A DNA stretch of 36,652 bases from a virus: positions 1 through 36,652 of IMG/VR virus record IMGVR_UViG_3300013382_000003; one strand, 5' to 3'. Below, piece by piece: positions 24,769-34,720 of this stretch (within the stretch, counting starts at the first letter, position 1; each line of letters starts with the position of its first letter). The translations under genes were made by a program, and so were the position numbers. The notes under the pieces are model-generated. The model did no database searches. It was not told where the DNA came from and worked only from the letters and a program-made list of their open reading frames with translations.

Positions 24769-26211
24769 CTATCCTCCTATCGTTCTCCGCTTATTCGAAA
24801 TCTCCTCGATGACGGCATCGGCATCGACATCCTTCGTAATGTTATAATTGTTCACAGAATTGTCGGTATAAGATACATTCTTGGTGTTTGTCGTATTGGT
24901 ACTGCTACTGCTTCCGGTAGAGGCCATGTCGGCAATGTCTGTTCCTATGCTGGCATAATTTGACTGGGTACCTATTGTGGATATTCCACCAAAAATTGCT
25001 CCAAGAGCGGTGGCACCTAAGGCAATGGCGGTCATTGTGAGCATCACCCGCTTCCATTGCCCTGTCGAAGCGTTAAGCGCCATCATGGCGAGGATGAGCT
25101 TAGGAAGGACGGAAAGGACGGCGAGGAACCCTGCGACCGCAAGCTGGCCGGCCGGGCCTATCGAGGCAAGGAAGCTTGCCACGCCCTGGATCATGGGGGA
25201 AAGGGCCGTAAGGGTGTTCGCAAGGCTTGTGAGGAGAGGTGAGAAGGCCTCCCCAAGCTCTGCCACAAGGGCCTGCCTCTTTGACTTCATCAGGGCAAGC
25301 GAATCGGCCACCTTCTTTCCGTTCGCCACCTGCTGGTTGGAAAGCATTCCGTTCTCGGTAAGTTCCTGATTGTACTGCTTGATGGTGTCGGCACAAGTCT
25401 GGACCATTTCGTTGACATAGGTTCCGGCATTGGAACCGAAGAGTGCCACCGCAATGGAGGCGACATCGGCCGTATCGCCCATCTCACGCCTTCGCTCGGT
25501 GATGATGGAGAGGACTTCGTCCGTGCCCTTTCCCTTTAGGTCGGCAAGCGTGAGTCCGAGATTGCCTAAATCGGTAACGACCTTCTGGTTTCCGGTCGAT
25601 ATACGGCCCTGCAATGCGATGACGGAATCCCTGACGCTCGTATAGGCGTTTGCGTCCCCTGTGACACGCTGGTATGCGTTGGAAAGAAGCTGGAATTCCT
25701 CCGCGCTCTGGTTGTATTTCTTCGCATAGTTGTAGATTGTCTCAGACGAAGACGCAAACTCCGTCACGACCTCTTTGACCATGCTGACTAGCTTCTTAAG
25801 GGTGTCAACGGCAGTGGAAACGAAGTCCTTGAGGTTGCTCACGGAAAGAAGCTGGCCGGACGAACTCATGGACTTGAGCTGGGTGATGTTCGCCTTTGTC
25901 TTTTCCAGCTCGCTGTTGAGCTTCTTCCACTGCTCGGTGTTGGTTACGTCCTTGCCCTCGTTCTGCTGTTTCCTCTTTTCCCTTGCTTCGTTGATGAGGG
26001 CAAGCTTCTTCTTGCTGTTCTCAAGCTGGGTATTGAGGGAGGCATAATAGGACGTTGTAAGCTTTATGTTCCCAGGAGAAACCTTCAACGCCTCCCGAAG
26101 GGCGTTGGCGGTCGTCTTAGCGATGTTGATTTCCCGGCTCCTGTCCTTGATCTCGGTGGTGATTGTCTTGAGCGATCGGGTTATCTTCGTTCCCGGACTA
26201 GATGTTGCCAT
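24769..26211 (-). CDS. Tape measure protein (480 aa)
   Basis: Long helical, low-complexity sequence with a hydrophobic block (SPMIQGVASFLASIGPAGQLAVAGFLAVLSVLPKLILAMMAL). Its position is canonical. Confidence 0.8.
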   Translation of the reverse strand: MATSSPGTKITRSLKTITTEIKDRSREINIAKTTANALREALKVSPGNIKLTTSYYASLNTQLENSKKKLALINEAREKRKQQNEGKDVTNTEQWKKLNSELEKTKANITQLKSMSSSGQLLSVSNLKDFVSTAVDTLKKLVSMVKEVVTEFASSSETIYNYAKKYNQSAEEFQLLSNAYQRVTGDANAYTSVRDSVIALQGRISTGNQKVVTDLGNLGLTLADLKGKGTDEVLSIITERRREMGDTADVASIAVALFGSNAGTYVNEMVQTCADTIKQYNQELTENGMLSNQQVANGKKVADSLALMKSKRQALVAELGEAFSPLLTSLANTLTALSPMIQGVASFLASIGPAGQLAVAGFLAVLSVLPKLILAMMALNASTGQWKRVMLTMTAIALGATALGAIFGGISTIGTQSNYASIGTDIADMASTGSSSSTNTTNTKNVSYTDNSVNNYNITKDVDADAVIEEISNKRRTIGG

Positions 26212-26220
26212 TATGGCCTC

Positions 26221-26748
26221 CTAGATGGTTATGCTTCTGCACTCCTGATTGAACTGCTTTGTTATCTCCTCGTCCATGTTGACAAGCTTATATAAAGCCT
26301 TGTCGATGAATCCCCTGCAGGATGTCACATATTTTCCGTTCCAGTTAGGGATGTTGGAAGCAATGAAGAAGCCTGCGTTAAGGGAATTCGCGATCTTCTG
26401 ATAGGCCACCTGTCTTACCCCTGACGTCCCCTGGCGCTTTCCGCTGTTGGAATGGTAGGTGTAATATCCGTCGAACACGACCTCGTATCCGATGACCTCC
26501 GCGCTCAGTCTGCTCATGCCGTCAACGGGATTGATGGTCAGATGGTATTTAAGGTCGTTCACCGGCCATAGTCCGCTGTCGGCAGTCGGCTGCCATCTGT
26601 CGATTCTCGGTGTGTTGTCGGAAATGATTCTTTCGACTTCCTTGGCCTTCTTGTAGGTCACCTTCTTGACGGCATTCCGTGCCGCCTGCTTAAGCTCGTC
26701 AGGAAGCCGTTCAAGGTACTTCCATGCCTCGGTGTACTCGTCCGCCAT
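26221..26748 (-). CDS. Hypothetical protein inserted between the chaperone and the tape measure (N-terminus weakly HK97-gp10-like)
   Basis: 175-aa ORF. LERLPDELKQAARNAVKKVTYKKAKEVERIISDNTP resembles the gp10-family opening. Confidence 0.5.
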   Translation of the reverse strand: MADEYTEAWKYLERLPDELKQAARNAVKKVTYKKAKEVERIISDNTPRIDRWQPTADSGLWPVNDLKYHLTINPVDGMSRLSAEVIGYEVVFDGYYTYHSNSGKRQGTSGVRQVAYQKIANSLNAGFFIASNIPNWNGKYVTSCRGFIDKALYKLVNMDEEITKQFNQECRSITI

Positions 26749-26758
26749 GGTATGCCTC

Positions 26759-27285
26759 CTATCTGAACAGGCTACCCCTGTCCTTGTCGCTGAAGGACTT
26801 CCCCTTCTTCTTTCCGGACCGCATGGCGTTCACCCCCATGATATAGGAAGAGAGATCGTCAAGGTTCCACTCGCACATCCTGTCTTCCGGGATCCCTAAT
26901 TCGGCAAAGGCGTATACGACGGAGAAACGGAGCTCCTTGAAGCCCCCGCCTATTCCTCCGCCGCTGCTTTTTTTGGCTGTTTCTCTGCCTGTGCCATCTT
27001 GTTGATGGCATCGGTAAGGGGCTGGAAGTCCGTCCTGTCCAGTTCTCCGACAAGTTCGTCGTAGACTGCCCCATAGCCTTCCGCTCTCACCTTTGCGCCC
27101 CATTTCGATTCTCCGGCGCAGACCATCGCACAATACATCGAGAGGACGACATCGAAGGCCTTTGACTGGTCGCCCATGTCGTTCTGCGCATTGATAAGGT
27201 CCTTTCCGTAGAAGCCGGGGAAGTACTTGACCGCATAGAGGAGGTTGTCGGAAAGAACGTGGTTCTTGAATGTAATCTGATGCAT
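26759..27285 (-). CDS. Tail assembly chaperone frameshift product (GT-like, via -1 PRF)
   Basis: The -1 frame is open from the slippery site (KKSSGGGIGGGFKELRF...) to the stop at 26759. The frame arithmetic fits a -1 shift. Confidence 0.6.
26950..27285 (-). CDS. Tail assembly chaperone (G-like)
   Basis: 111-aa ORF between the major tail and tape measure genes, ending just after an A7 slippery run. Confidence 0.7.
   Translation of the reverse strand: MHQITFKNHVLSDNLLYAVKYFPGFYGKDLINAQNDMGDQSKAFDVVLSMYCAMVCAGESKWGAKVRAEGYGAVYDELVGELDRTDFQPLTDAINKMAQAEKQPKKAAAEE
26968..26974 (-). promoter_or_regulatory. Slippery heptamer A-AAA-AAA for -1 programmed frameshifting
   Basis: T7 on the plus strand; the 0-frame reads CCA AAA AAA GCA. 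Confidence 0.6.
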
Positions 27286-27288
27286 CGC

Positions 27289-27876
27289 CTATTTTGCCAA
27301 TACCGCGGCGACCTTCGCCGAATCCGGCTCGGTAGACTGGGCAAGGAAGTCGGCCTCCCCGCTGTAGCTGAGGCGTCCGAGGGTGGCCTTTCCGTTCACG
27401 ACAAGGGCCGAGGCATAACCGCTGATGCTTGTCTCCTCGGCAGAGTCCCCGTCCTGCTGGGCATTCGGAAGAAGGGTGTTGATGGTGACGTCCTGAAGGT
27501 AGCAGGTGTATTCCGTCCCATTCGTCTGTTTTCCGTTGAAGACCATGGCAAAGTGCTTCTGTTCGCCGGTGTTGACGACCATGTTGAGTCCGTCTTCACC
27601 TTTCTCGAATCCGGTAAGGGCGCTGAGGGCGGTCTCGTCCACTCCATAGGCTGTAAGGGTGATGTTTGCCCCTTTGACCGTTTCCGTGGTTTTCTTGCGG
27701 TTGTCCGCCTCGAGGGAGACGGAGGAGCTGTCCAGTTCGAGGGAAATGGAACGGTTGTTGATTTCCTGCTCGGTCGCACCGGGGGTGTAGAGCTTGATCG
27801 CGGTCTTGTCCAGGGTCGGTGCGCCCGTGACTGCATCATATCCCGTAATCTTGAAGAAACGTACTCTTGCAAACAT
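27289..27876 (-). CDS. Major tail protein
   Basis: 195-aa ORF directly upstream of the chaperone pair; the sequence is beta-rich. Confidence 0.7.
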   Translation of the reverse strand: MFARVRFFKITGYDAVTGAPTLDKTAIKLYTPGATEQEINNRSISLELDSSSVSLEADNRKKTTETVKGANITLTAYGVDETALSALTGFEKGEDGLNMVVNTGEQKHFAMVFNGKQTNGTEYTCYLQDVTINTLLPNAQQDGDSAEETSISGYASALVVNGKATLGRLSYSGEADFLAQSTEPDSAKVAAVLAK

Positions 27877-27890
27877 GTTTCTGTCCTCCT

Positions 27891-28328
27891 TTACATGACA
27901 GTCTTAGTTAACCGGTATGAGATGATGGTTATTCTTCTTACCAGGTCGAACGAATCGGAAGCCTGTAGGTTGACCTCGTATCCCAGCTTCTCCGCCTCGG
28001 CTTCCATTTTCCCAAGGACTTCCTGGACGGTGCCGGATGTCCTGTCCTGCTCGGTGTAGAAGCTAATCTGCATGGCTATATACCGCATGGCGGTCCGATT
28101 GTCCGCCTTGCCAGTCCCGGTTATGGATGTGATGTCCCATAACGCCAGGAGGCTTGTGCCGTCCTTCCTGTTGGTGTCGCTTCTCGTATAGTAGTAGCAT
28201 GGCTTGTTCCCGACATCCACCCCGGTCGAGGCGAGATAGTCGTCATCGACTCCGTCCTTGAACCCTGAGGCCTCCAGTATCTTCCTGCCTTCCTCAGTGG
28301 CAAGCGCCGTTGCCTTGGTGAGCGTCAT
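27891..28328 (-). CDS. Tail terminator / head-tail joining protein
   Basis: Trimmed to MTLTKATAL; the ATG overlaps the upstream stop (ATGA at 28325-28328). Assignment is positional. Confidence 0.55.
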   Translation of the reverse strand: MTLTKATALATEEGRKILEASGFKDGVDDDYLASTGVDVGNKPCYYYTRSDTNRKDGTSLLALWDITSITGTGKADNRTAMRYIAMQISFYTEQDRTSGTVQEVLGKMEAEAEKLGYEVNLQASDSFDLVRRITIISYRLTKTVM

Positions 28329-28696
28329 ATCACTCCCCACCTTTCCTCGTCATAATGGGGCGCAGGAACCGTTTCCCCCACTATCCGCCTTTCCGTATGC
28401 CGGTAGTCCAGCTCGTCCTTGCCGATTACCTTATAGGTCTTCCCGTAATAGTCGATGAACATTCCTATGTCCACGTTTCTGTGCCAGTTCACGTTGAACG
28501 ACGTGCGATTGACAGGGACTGGGATACGGCTTTCGTTGCTTTCGGCAACCGTGTCGACGATGCACGCCTTCCTGTATACCCCTTTCGGATAGTAGTGCTT
28601 CTTCACATAGACCTTGTTATTCTTTTCGTCCTTATGGACGACGATGGAATAGAGGTCTATCCGCTTGTCCTTGTTTGGATATTTATAGGGAATCAT
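28325..28696 (-). CDS. Head closure / head-tail adaptor protein
   Basis: 123-aa ORF, ATGA-coupled to the connector gene. Assignment is positional. Confidence 0.55.
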   Translation of the reverse strand: MIPYKYPNKDKRIDLYSIVVHKDEKNNKVYVKKHYYPKGVYRKACIVDTVAESNESRIPVPVNRTSFNVNWHRNVDIGMFIDYYGKTYKVIGKDELDYRHTERRIVGETVPAPHYDEERWGVI

Positions 28697-29004
28697 GGCT
28701 GCCTCTCCTTTGCCATCAGCTGGAGGGTATACCTGTCCGCGCTGATTCCGATATGGTAGTCGTAATCGGCGGAGAACGTCGTCCCTTCATACCACCGCTG
28801 TTTGCAGAACATGATGCAGACGTCCACGGCCAGAGGATCTATGTCCTTGTCCTCGGAATAGTCGTGCCCTGTTCCGTTTTTAATAAAAGAGGAGGCCGAA
28901 AGAAGAAGCCGCCGCAGTTTGGCGAGGTTCTCCTCGCTTGTGCAGTAGTCTTCGTCAAGGTTCAGCTCGATGGCAAGTTCCTTTTCCGTGATTATCGGTT
29001 TCAT
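28693..29004 (-). CDS. gp6-like head-tail connector protein
   Basis: Trimmed to MKPIITEKELAIELNLDEDY, preceded by AAAGGAGG. This opening is typical of the family. Confidence 0.6.
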   Translation of the reverse strand: MKPIITEKELAIELNLDEDYCTSEENLAKLRRLLLSASSFIKNGTGHDYSEDKDIDPLAVDVCIMFCKQRWYEGTTFSADYDYHIGISADRYTLQLMAKERQP

Positions 29005-29025
29005 TCTTCCGGCCTCCTTTATGGT

Positions 29026-29058
29026 AAGCCCCATCCGAAATGGCGACGGACGGGGCTT
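29026..29058 (-). promoter_or_regulatory. Stem-loop immediately downstream of the capsid gene
   Basis: AAGCCCC...GGGGCTT plus an inner TCCG/CGGA pairing. There is no U-run, so it is more likely a stabiliser or attenuator than a full terminator. Confidence 0.4.
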
Positions 29059-29078
29059 ATTCTTATCTTATCGGCAGT

Positions 29079-30251
29079 TTAGCCACCTACAGAGGCATCG
29101 GCAGGGGCTTTGAGACGCCTCAGTCCGCAATAGGCGGTCGGTGCGCCTCCGCAAAGCACGTTGGCCTTGATGGCAATCATGCCCTGCTTGAACTTGTAGT
29201 CCGTGGAGCGCCTGATTTCGACATCGCTGTAGACGGCGACGGAATAGTTGGCGATGTTCCCATAGAATCCGAAGTATTTCTTTCCGGAATAGAGCGGGAC
29301 ATCCGCGGATACCCTGTAAGGGACAAGGTCGATCGTGTGGTTCTTGGAGTCGAGCTGGTAGGCGAAGGACTTGTCGGTCTTTTCGACAAGGCCGAGGGTG
29401 CGTAGGTCGGTCTTGTTGAGGACAAGGGTCTCTGCGCCTTCGGTGTCCTCGGTGGAACCGTAGGAAAGGATGATGTTACGGAGCGTCTTGTTGTCCAGCG
29501 CATCGATCTGAAGGTCGGTGTCGGCAGGGATGACATCCGCACCGGTCTTGGCATCGAGGACTCCGACAAAGCCGTCTGTGTCGCCGTTGATGACACGTTT
29601 CACGATTGCGCGCTGTAAGGCACGTGTGACCTCTTTCCTGACGAACGCCTCATAGTCGGCATCGGACAGCTTGAGGACTTCCTCGGTGATCTCGCAATAG
29701 ACCGTGATCTTCTCCTTGCCGATCTTCTGGTATCCGAACACCGGCTCGGACTGGTTGTAGTCGCTTCCCTCGGCAGTGGTTCCGGCAGTCGCATATCCCT
29801 TCAGGTAAGGATAGGTGAAGGATTCGCCGCCGTTGAGGTTGATGAAGTTGAGGTTCTCGTATAAGCGGGAAACGGTGATGAACGGAGCTTCCCCGATCAC
29901 GTTGGAAGTATGTGCGGGGAGGACTGCCTGGGCGGAAGTGATGGCGGCACGCTTGTACCTGTCGTTCCTCTTCCTGCGGATAGGAACATTGCTCTTACGC
30001 AATGCGGCGCCACGGTTCTCGGCATCGCTGTTGACGGAAACGGAGATGGGGGCGCTGAAGTCCCTCTTCCTGTCGCCGATTTCCTTCTGGCGGATACCGA
30101 ACAGACGTCCCTTCTCGGTGTTGATTTCGTCCCTGCGGGCGCTGATCTTGTTAAGCTCGTCAGTGCCTTTGGCCTCAAGAGCGGAACGCTTCAGTCCGTC
30201 GTACTCGTTCTTAAGGTCGGTAATCTTATCGTTGAATTCTTTCTCAGTCAT
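29079..30251 (-). CDS. Major capsid protein, HK97 fold family
   Basis: 390 aa with an N-terminal coiled delta-like region. It lies downstream of the prohead protease. Confidence 0.85.
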   Translation of the reverse strand: MTEKEFNDKITDLKNEYDGLKRSALEAKGTDELNKISARRDEINTEKGRLFGIRQKEIGDRKRDFSAPISVSVNSDAENRGAALRKSNVPIRRKRNDRYKRAAITSAQAVLPAHTSNVIGEAPFITVSRLYENLNFINLNGGESFTYPYLKGYATAGTTAEGSDYNQSEPVFGYQKIGKEKITVYCEITEEVLKLSDADYEAFVRKEVTRALQRAIVKRVINGDTDGFVGVLDAKTGADVIPADTDLQIDALDNKTLRNIILSYGSTEDTEGAETLVLNKTDLRTLGLVEKTDKSFAYQLDSKNHTIDLVPYRVSADVPLYSGKKYFGFYGNIANYSVAVYSDVEIRRSTDYKFKQGMIAIKANVLCGGAPTAYCGLRRLKAPADASVGG

Positions 30252-30269
30252 TCTGTTGACCTCCTTTTT

Positions 30270-30902
30270 TTAGAATCTTCTCGCCACGATCGTCTTCCGT
30301 AGTTGCTCGGTCTTGTCGCTCTCCAGCTTTGCCTTGAACTTCTCCAAGTCCTCGGCAAACCGTGCACCAACGTTCGTATTGTTATAAGCAGGGAATGTGA
30401 CCGCGCTGACGTCCATCACCTTGCTGATAGCCTTGACACGGCAGTGTAAGCCGTCATCCTTCTGTTCCCGGGAATACCCGTTGTCCCAGTCGTCAATGTA
30501 GAAGGCGAACGAGCAACGGTCCCTCAGCCCTTCCTTGATTTCCTCATAGAGCTGCATGGCCTGCGGGTTGTTCCGGTTAAGCTTTGCCTTGTAATAAAGG
30601 CCGTCGTTCCGTACCTCAAGCTCGAGCGTCTTGTTCCGCGTCCGCGCTAGAGGGCCCGATCCCTCGAAGTCGTGGTTCTTGTCGAATACGACATCGGTCA
30701 TGTCGGCATTGTCGAACGCATGGGGATCGATGCTCTCATAGACGTTTCCGAAGTCCGCGTCCTTGAAGAGGACCGTCTCATCATCGAAAGGCGTTGCCTT
30801 TCCCTCGACCACAACATACTGCTTGTCTTCCTCTTCCCCTTCGGGAAGCGAACGCACCTGCAATGTGCCGTACAGCGTGCATTTCTTGTTAAGTTCACTC
30901 AT
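30270..30902 (-). CDS. Prohead serine protease (HK97/S78 family)
   Basis: Trimmed to MSELNKK, preceded by AAGGAGGG. Motifs GKATPFD, KNHD, DGLYYKAKL, CSFAFYI and DVSAVTFPAY. Confidence 0.8.
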   Translation of the reverse strand: MSELNKKCTLYGTLQVRSLPEGEEEDKQYVVVEGKATPFDDETVLFKDADFGNVYESIDPHAFDNADMTDVVFDKNHDFEGSGPLARTRNKTLELEVRNDGLYYKAKLNRNNPQAMQLYEEIKEGLRDRCSFAFYIDDWDNGYSREQKDDGLHCRVKAISKVMDVSAVTFPAYNNTNVGARFAEDLEKFKAKLESDKTEQLRKTIVARRF

Positions 30903-32130
30903 CTGAGTCACCCTCCTTGTTTTCATCGGCCGTTTCAGGCCTGTCCGCATCAGGGGCAGTGTCTTCGCCCTCAGGTTCATCCGCGTCCGTCTCCGCGTCG
31001 GTAAGCGCCTTGTTCACGAAGGTGAGGTTCTGGACGGGCTTGTCTCCGCCGTCGATGGGCTCCTGATATAACAATTTCATAACATCGTTAGGACGGTACG
31101 AGGCGCATGCCTGAAGCGTGCTCGCAAGCTTTATACGGGTGTTCAGGGATGCCGTCTGAAGCGGGTCGGTCATGATCTCCACCCGGTTTCCGTATCCGAT
31201 TTCCTTCCGCGTGAGAAGCTTATAGGTCATCTCCTGGGTAAGGTCGTTGATGAACGGCTCGATGGCATTCTCGTACACCGACTGGAACTGATCCTCGGTG
31301 AAGTTGCCCCTTGCAAAGCTCCGGCTGAATCCGAAGTATGAATAGATTTCGTTGAGGAAGTCGTCAAGCTCCGCTGAACGTGCGTATACGGCCTGACTCT
31401 GGTTGACAGGCTGTAGGTTCGCAAGGGCCGGAAGCTGTATGATCCCGGAGGCGGATGCCTCGAGCTGTTCCTCGATGTCCTTTGCGACCAGCGGACGGCC
31501 GGTCGGATTGGACATTGTGCAGATATACTTGATCGCGTGCGACTTGATCGCCGCCTTTGCAAACGATTCGTTGGAGGCGTTGATCGCATTGAGGATCTGG
31601 TCAAGCGAATGGTCCGTGACCAGAAGCGGGTTCTCGGAATTGCTCTTCTTGATGAGGCAGATGAAGTTGTCAAGGTAGTCCGTAATCTGCGTCCCATCGA
31701 TGGAGAACGCCTTTATGATCCTCTGGCTGCGGTTGTCCTTGTACATCCTTATGCTGGATGAATTCACCGGGATAAGGGCTGACAGCTGCCATGTGGACTG
31801 GTCTCTCTCGATGTGTGCCAGGGCGAGTCCGTTGCAGTAGTCGGCGGCAAGCGTTCTGTAGAACTCGGAAGCCGTCTGTGCGGGATTCGGACGCAGGCCG
31901 ATGATATAGTTCATCGTGGCACGGCGGTCCATCTCCTCGCCGTTGAGAAGCACTCTAGGCTTGATCTTGGACACATGGCGTGCGAAGCAGTCGACGCAGT
32001 TCATATAGGTTGAGTTGATGGTCTTCTGGTTTTTGTTGAAAAAGGAAAGACCCCCACCGACGGAAAGGATGGTGGCATTCTGGGTGCTCTTGTTCTTCCC
32101 TTTGCGGAAGATGTCAAAGAATTTACTCAT
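30895..32130 (-). CDS. Portal protein (HK97 family)
   Basis: Trimmed to MSKFFDIFRK. Lies between TerL and the protease and has an acidic C-terminal tail. Confidence 0.85.
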   Translation of the reverse strand: MSKFFDIFRKGKNKSTQNATILSVGGGLSFFNKNQKTINSTYMNCVDCFARHVSKIKPRVLLNGEEMDRRATMNYIIGLRPNPAQTASEFYRTLAADYCNGLALAHIERDQSTWQLSALIPVNSSSIRMYKDNRSQRIIKAFSIDGTQITDYLDNFICLIKKSNSENPLLVTDHSLDQILNAINASNESFAKAAIKSHAIKYICTMSNPTGRPLVAKDIEEQLEASASGIIQLPALANLQPVNQSQAVYARSAELDDFLNEIYSYFGFSRSFARGNFTEDQFQSVYENAIEPFINDLTQEMTYKLLTRKEIGYGNRVEIMTDPLQTASLNTRIKLASTLQACASYRPNDVMKLLYQEPIDGGDKPVQNLTFVNKALTDAETDADEPEGEDTAPDADRPETADENKEGDSDE

Positions 32131-34036
32131 TGATGTTTCCTTCCCGGCTTTCAACGTCCTTGGCAAGGGCGCCTAAGCCGCCTTCGAAGATGCCAGGTGC
32201 AAGCCTGTCCTTATTCTTTACAAGCACGGCAAGTGCGTCAAGGATTGCCCTGCCGCCGTCTATCTTATAGGGTATCCCTGAGTCGATTCTGTCAGGCCTC
32301 CTGTTGCCGTTGTGGTCGTTGATTATCTTCCTGTTTGAAAGCATCCACTTGACGACAGGATTGTCCATGAAGTCCAGGCGTTTCGCCTTGAGAAGGCCGT
32401 ACCTCCACGAGCATGCCTCGGTAAGCCCCTTATACCCCTGCTCCACTCGTGTAAGACACGCCAGTTCCTTTTGGCTGTTGGAGAGTTGGTTCTCCGAAAG
32501 AAAGCCCATGTCAACGAACTTTTTGCACACTTCATCCGCATGCCATGCATCATACCCTATTTTCTGGTAAGACCACCTGTGCTTCTTGAACTCCTCCCTT
32601 ACGTAATCGGGAATGAAATCCGCATTGTTGAGGAAGTGCTGTCCGCCTATCCGCACAAGCCCCCGTTCTATCCACGAACGCCACGGCACGCCGCTTCTGG
32701 ATGCCGTCTCGGTCTCGAGGAAATCCTGGGAAACCCATATCCTGACCTTGCATAAAATTTTCTTTTCCTCTGCCATGGGGATGAGCGTGGCAAATGCCGT
32801 TGTGTCGTGCTTGACGGCTAGATCGAATCCACCGACGACTGAAAGGTAGTTTGTCTTGGTAAGGCTCTCCTCATTCGGATAGTCCGTTCCGACGTCGATG
32901 TCCTTCGCCGTGAGCCATGCCGAATTGTCCACTCCGAGCCTGTTGAAGTCCTTTGTCTTGATTGTGTTCCATGCGTTTGGATCCACGGCAGTCTGCGTTA
33001 TCTCGTCTCGGATGAATTGTATCTTCTTTGTAATCCCCAGTGCAGGGTTCGCCTTCACCCATTTCGACTCCTCGCGGGGATCGTCGTCTTTGTCCAGTTC
33101 GTAGATAAGGGGAAGGAAGTTCTGTGCGCCTCCCTCGTTGTTGAGGATCCTTTCCGACGCCTTGTACATCTGGTCGAAAAGCCCTCCTCTGAGGAAGCCG
33201 GAGGTCGTGATCATGGAGAGGATGGGAGAGACACGGGCAGACCTTCCCTGCTTGAGGACGTCATATATCTCACGGGGAAGGGCGTGGCCCTCGTCGATGA
33301 TTGCCCTTGAAGGGTTCAGGCCGTCCATCCGCTTGTGTGCGCTTGAGAGGGCATAGAAGTGGCTTAGCCCTCCCTTAGCCTGATAGTAAATCTCAGGGCG
33401 TGGGTTAAGGCGCTTCTTGAACACCTTGGAAAGGATGGGGCTCGCCTGGATCATCGACAGGGCGCCGTCCCACGTTCTCCGCGCTATCTGGAACGTTGTC
33501 GCCGTGACATAGACCTCTGCCCCAGGCTCCATAAGCCTTCCATAGATTGCCTCGGCCTGTTCAAGCGTTGTCTTTCCGTTCTTCCGTCCCACAACGAGGA
33601 ACGTTTCCTCGAACCGTCTTTTATTGTCCTTCTCCGGACTCGGCCCTCTGCCCTTCCGCCATTTTATGCCGTACTTGACAAGCACATATGCCTTCTGATA
33701 CGGCGCAAGGATCATGGGCATGCCTGCCCATTGGTCCTTGTCCAGCTTCAGCCTTCCTGCAAAGAAGCCCTGATTGTACATCTGGTAGAAATTGAGCTTA
33801 TCCAAAGGACGGCTCCCGGGGCAGTCGGCAAGCCGTGCGTTCAAATCCGCCTGGTCCTTTATATCGCCCTGGCAGAACCGTATGAACTTCATGCCGGGGT
33901 TAGGATCGTAATAGAAGTCCTGGTCCTTGCCTTCGACAATCGGCTTTATCATGCCTATATAGGCACGCTTGATCTTGTCGCAGTAGGAATCAGGGTGTTT
34001 CCTTATGTCGCCGATGTATTCCTCTAATGGATCCAT
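32123..34036 (-). CDS. terL: Terminase large subunit
   Basis: 637 aa. Walker A-like VVGRKNGKTT, IIDEGH (Walker B) and a C-terminal nuclease region. Confidence 0.9.
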   Translation of the reverse strand: MDPLEEYIGDIRKHPDSYCDKIKRAYIGMIKPIVEGKDQDFYYDPNPGMKFIRFCQGDIKDQADLNARLADCPGSRPLDKLNFYQMYNQGFFAGRLKLDKDQWAGMPMILAPYQKAYVLVKYGIKWRKGRGPSPEKDNKRRFEETFLVVGRKNGKTTLEQAEAIYGRLMEPGAEVYVTATTFQIARRTWDGALSMIQASPILSKVFKKRLNPRPEIYYQAKGGLSHFYALSSAHKRMDGLNPSRAIIDEGHALPREIYDVLKQGRSARVSPILSMITTSGFLRGGLFDQMYKASERILNNEGGAQNFLPLIYELDKDDDPREESKWVKANPALGITKKIQFIRDEITQTAVDPNAWNTIKTKDFNRLGVDNSAWLTAKDIDVGTDYPNEESLTKTNYLSVVGGFDLAVKHDTTAFATLIPMAEEKKILCKVRIWVSQDFLETETASRSGVPWRSWIERGLVRIGGQHFLNNADFIPDYVREEFKKHRWSYQKIGYDAWHADEVCKKFVDMGFLSENQLSNSQKELACLTRVEQGYKGLTEACSWRYGLLKAKRLDFMDNPVVKWMLSNRKIINDHNGNRRPDRIDSGIPYKIDGGRAILDALAVLVKNKDRLAPGIFEGGLGALAKDVESREGNINE

Positions 34037-34039
34037 CCG

Positions 34040-34720
34040 CTAATCCCCCATGCTCTCAAGGAAGCTCATCGCATTCTCGGTGCTCTGGTCAGGCTTCTTC
34101 GTCAACGCCTTTGCAAGAAGCATTCCGGCCTTTGCACGCCCCGAAGGCGTCAGGGCAAGGTCAGGCGCAAGCTTCTGCATGTTCGTGAACTCGGTGTCCC
34201 TTACCTTGATAAGGCGGTCAAGGATAGCCTGTTCGTCCTTGGTCTCTCCGATTACCTCGCATTTGTAATCGATCGTCCATTTCCGGTATGCACGCCTATA
34301 CCGGCTCTTTGCCTCGCAGAAGAGGCGGAGCATCGAGGTGTCCAGTGTCGAGAGGAATTCCCCTTCCTGTGCGGAATAGCACGCCATAAGGAAGTTCCAT
34401 TCGTTCCGTGCGTCACGGTCAAGGTCGTCAGGGCATCGGATATAGTTCCCGAGCTTGAACATCCCTTCCACCCCTTCGCGTATCATCCGCTGGAACTTCA
34501 CCTTTTCCTTCACGGTCGGTGCAAGCTGGTTCACGTTCCTTGCGCCTGTCGCACCGACGTTGGTGTCCTTCACCACGAATTCGGGAATCCCTTTGCGTGG
34601 TCCGGGGACGATGTCGCTTTCCTTTATCCCCTTCTTGCTCTTTCTCCCCGCACCTACTCTTTTCCCGCCCCACGTCTTGCCGCTGATGTTGGCTATGAGC
34701 TTGTCTTTTTTCTTGTCCAT
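34040..34720 (-). CDS. terS: Terminase small subunit (P27-like)
   Basis: Trimmed to MDKKKDKLIAN, preceded by AAGAGGGT. Lies between the HNH and TerL genes. Confidence 0.7.
   Translation of the reverse strand: MDKKKDKLIANISGKTWGGKRVGAGRKSKKGIKESDIVPGPRKGIPEFVVKDTNVGATGARNVNQLAPTVKEKVKFQRMIREGVEGMFKLGNYIRCPDDLDRDARNEWNFLMACYSAQEGEFLSTLDTSMLRLFCEAKSRYRRAYRKWTIDYKCEVIGETKDEQAILDRLIKVRDTEFTNMQKLAPDLALTPSGRAKAGMLLAKALTKKPDQSTENAMSFLESMGD

Noticed and set aside
27259-28059. 266-aa plus-strand ORF
   Set aside because: It lies antisense to the major tail and tail terminator genes within a tightly coupled minus-strand operon.
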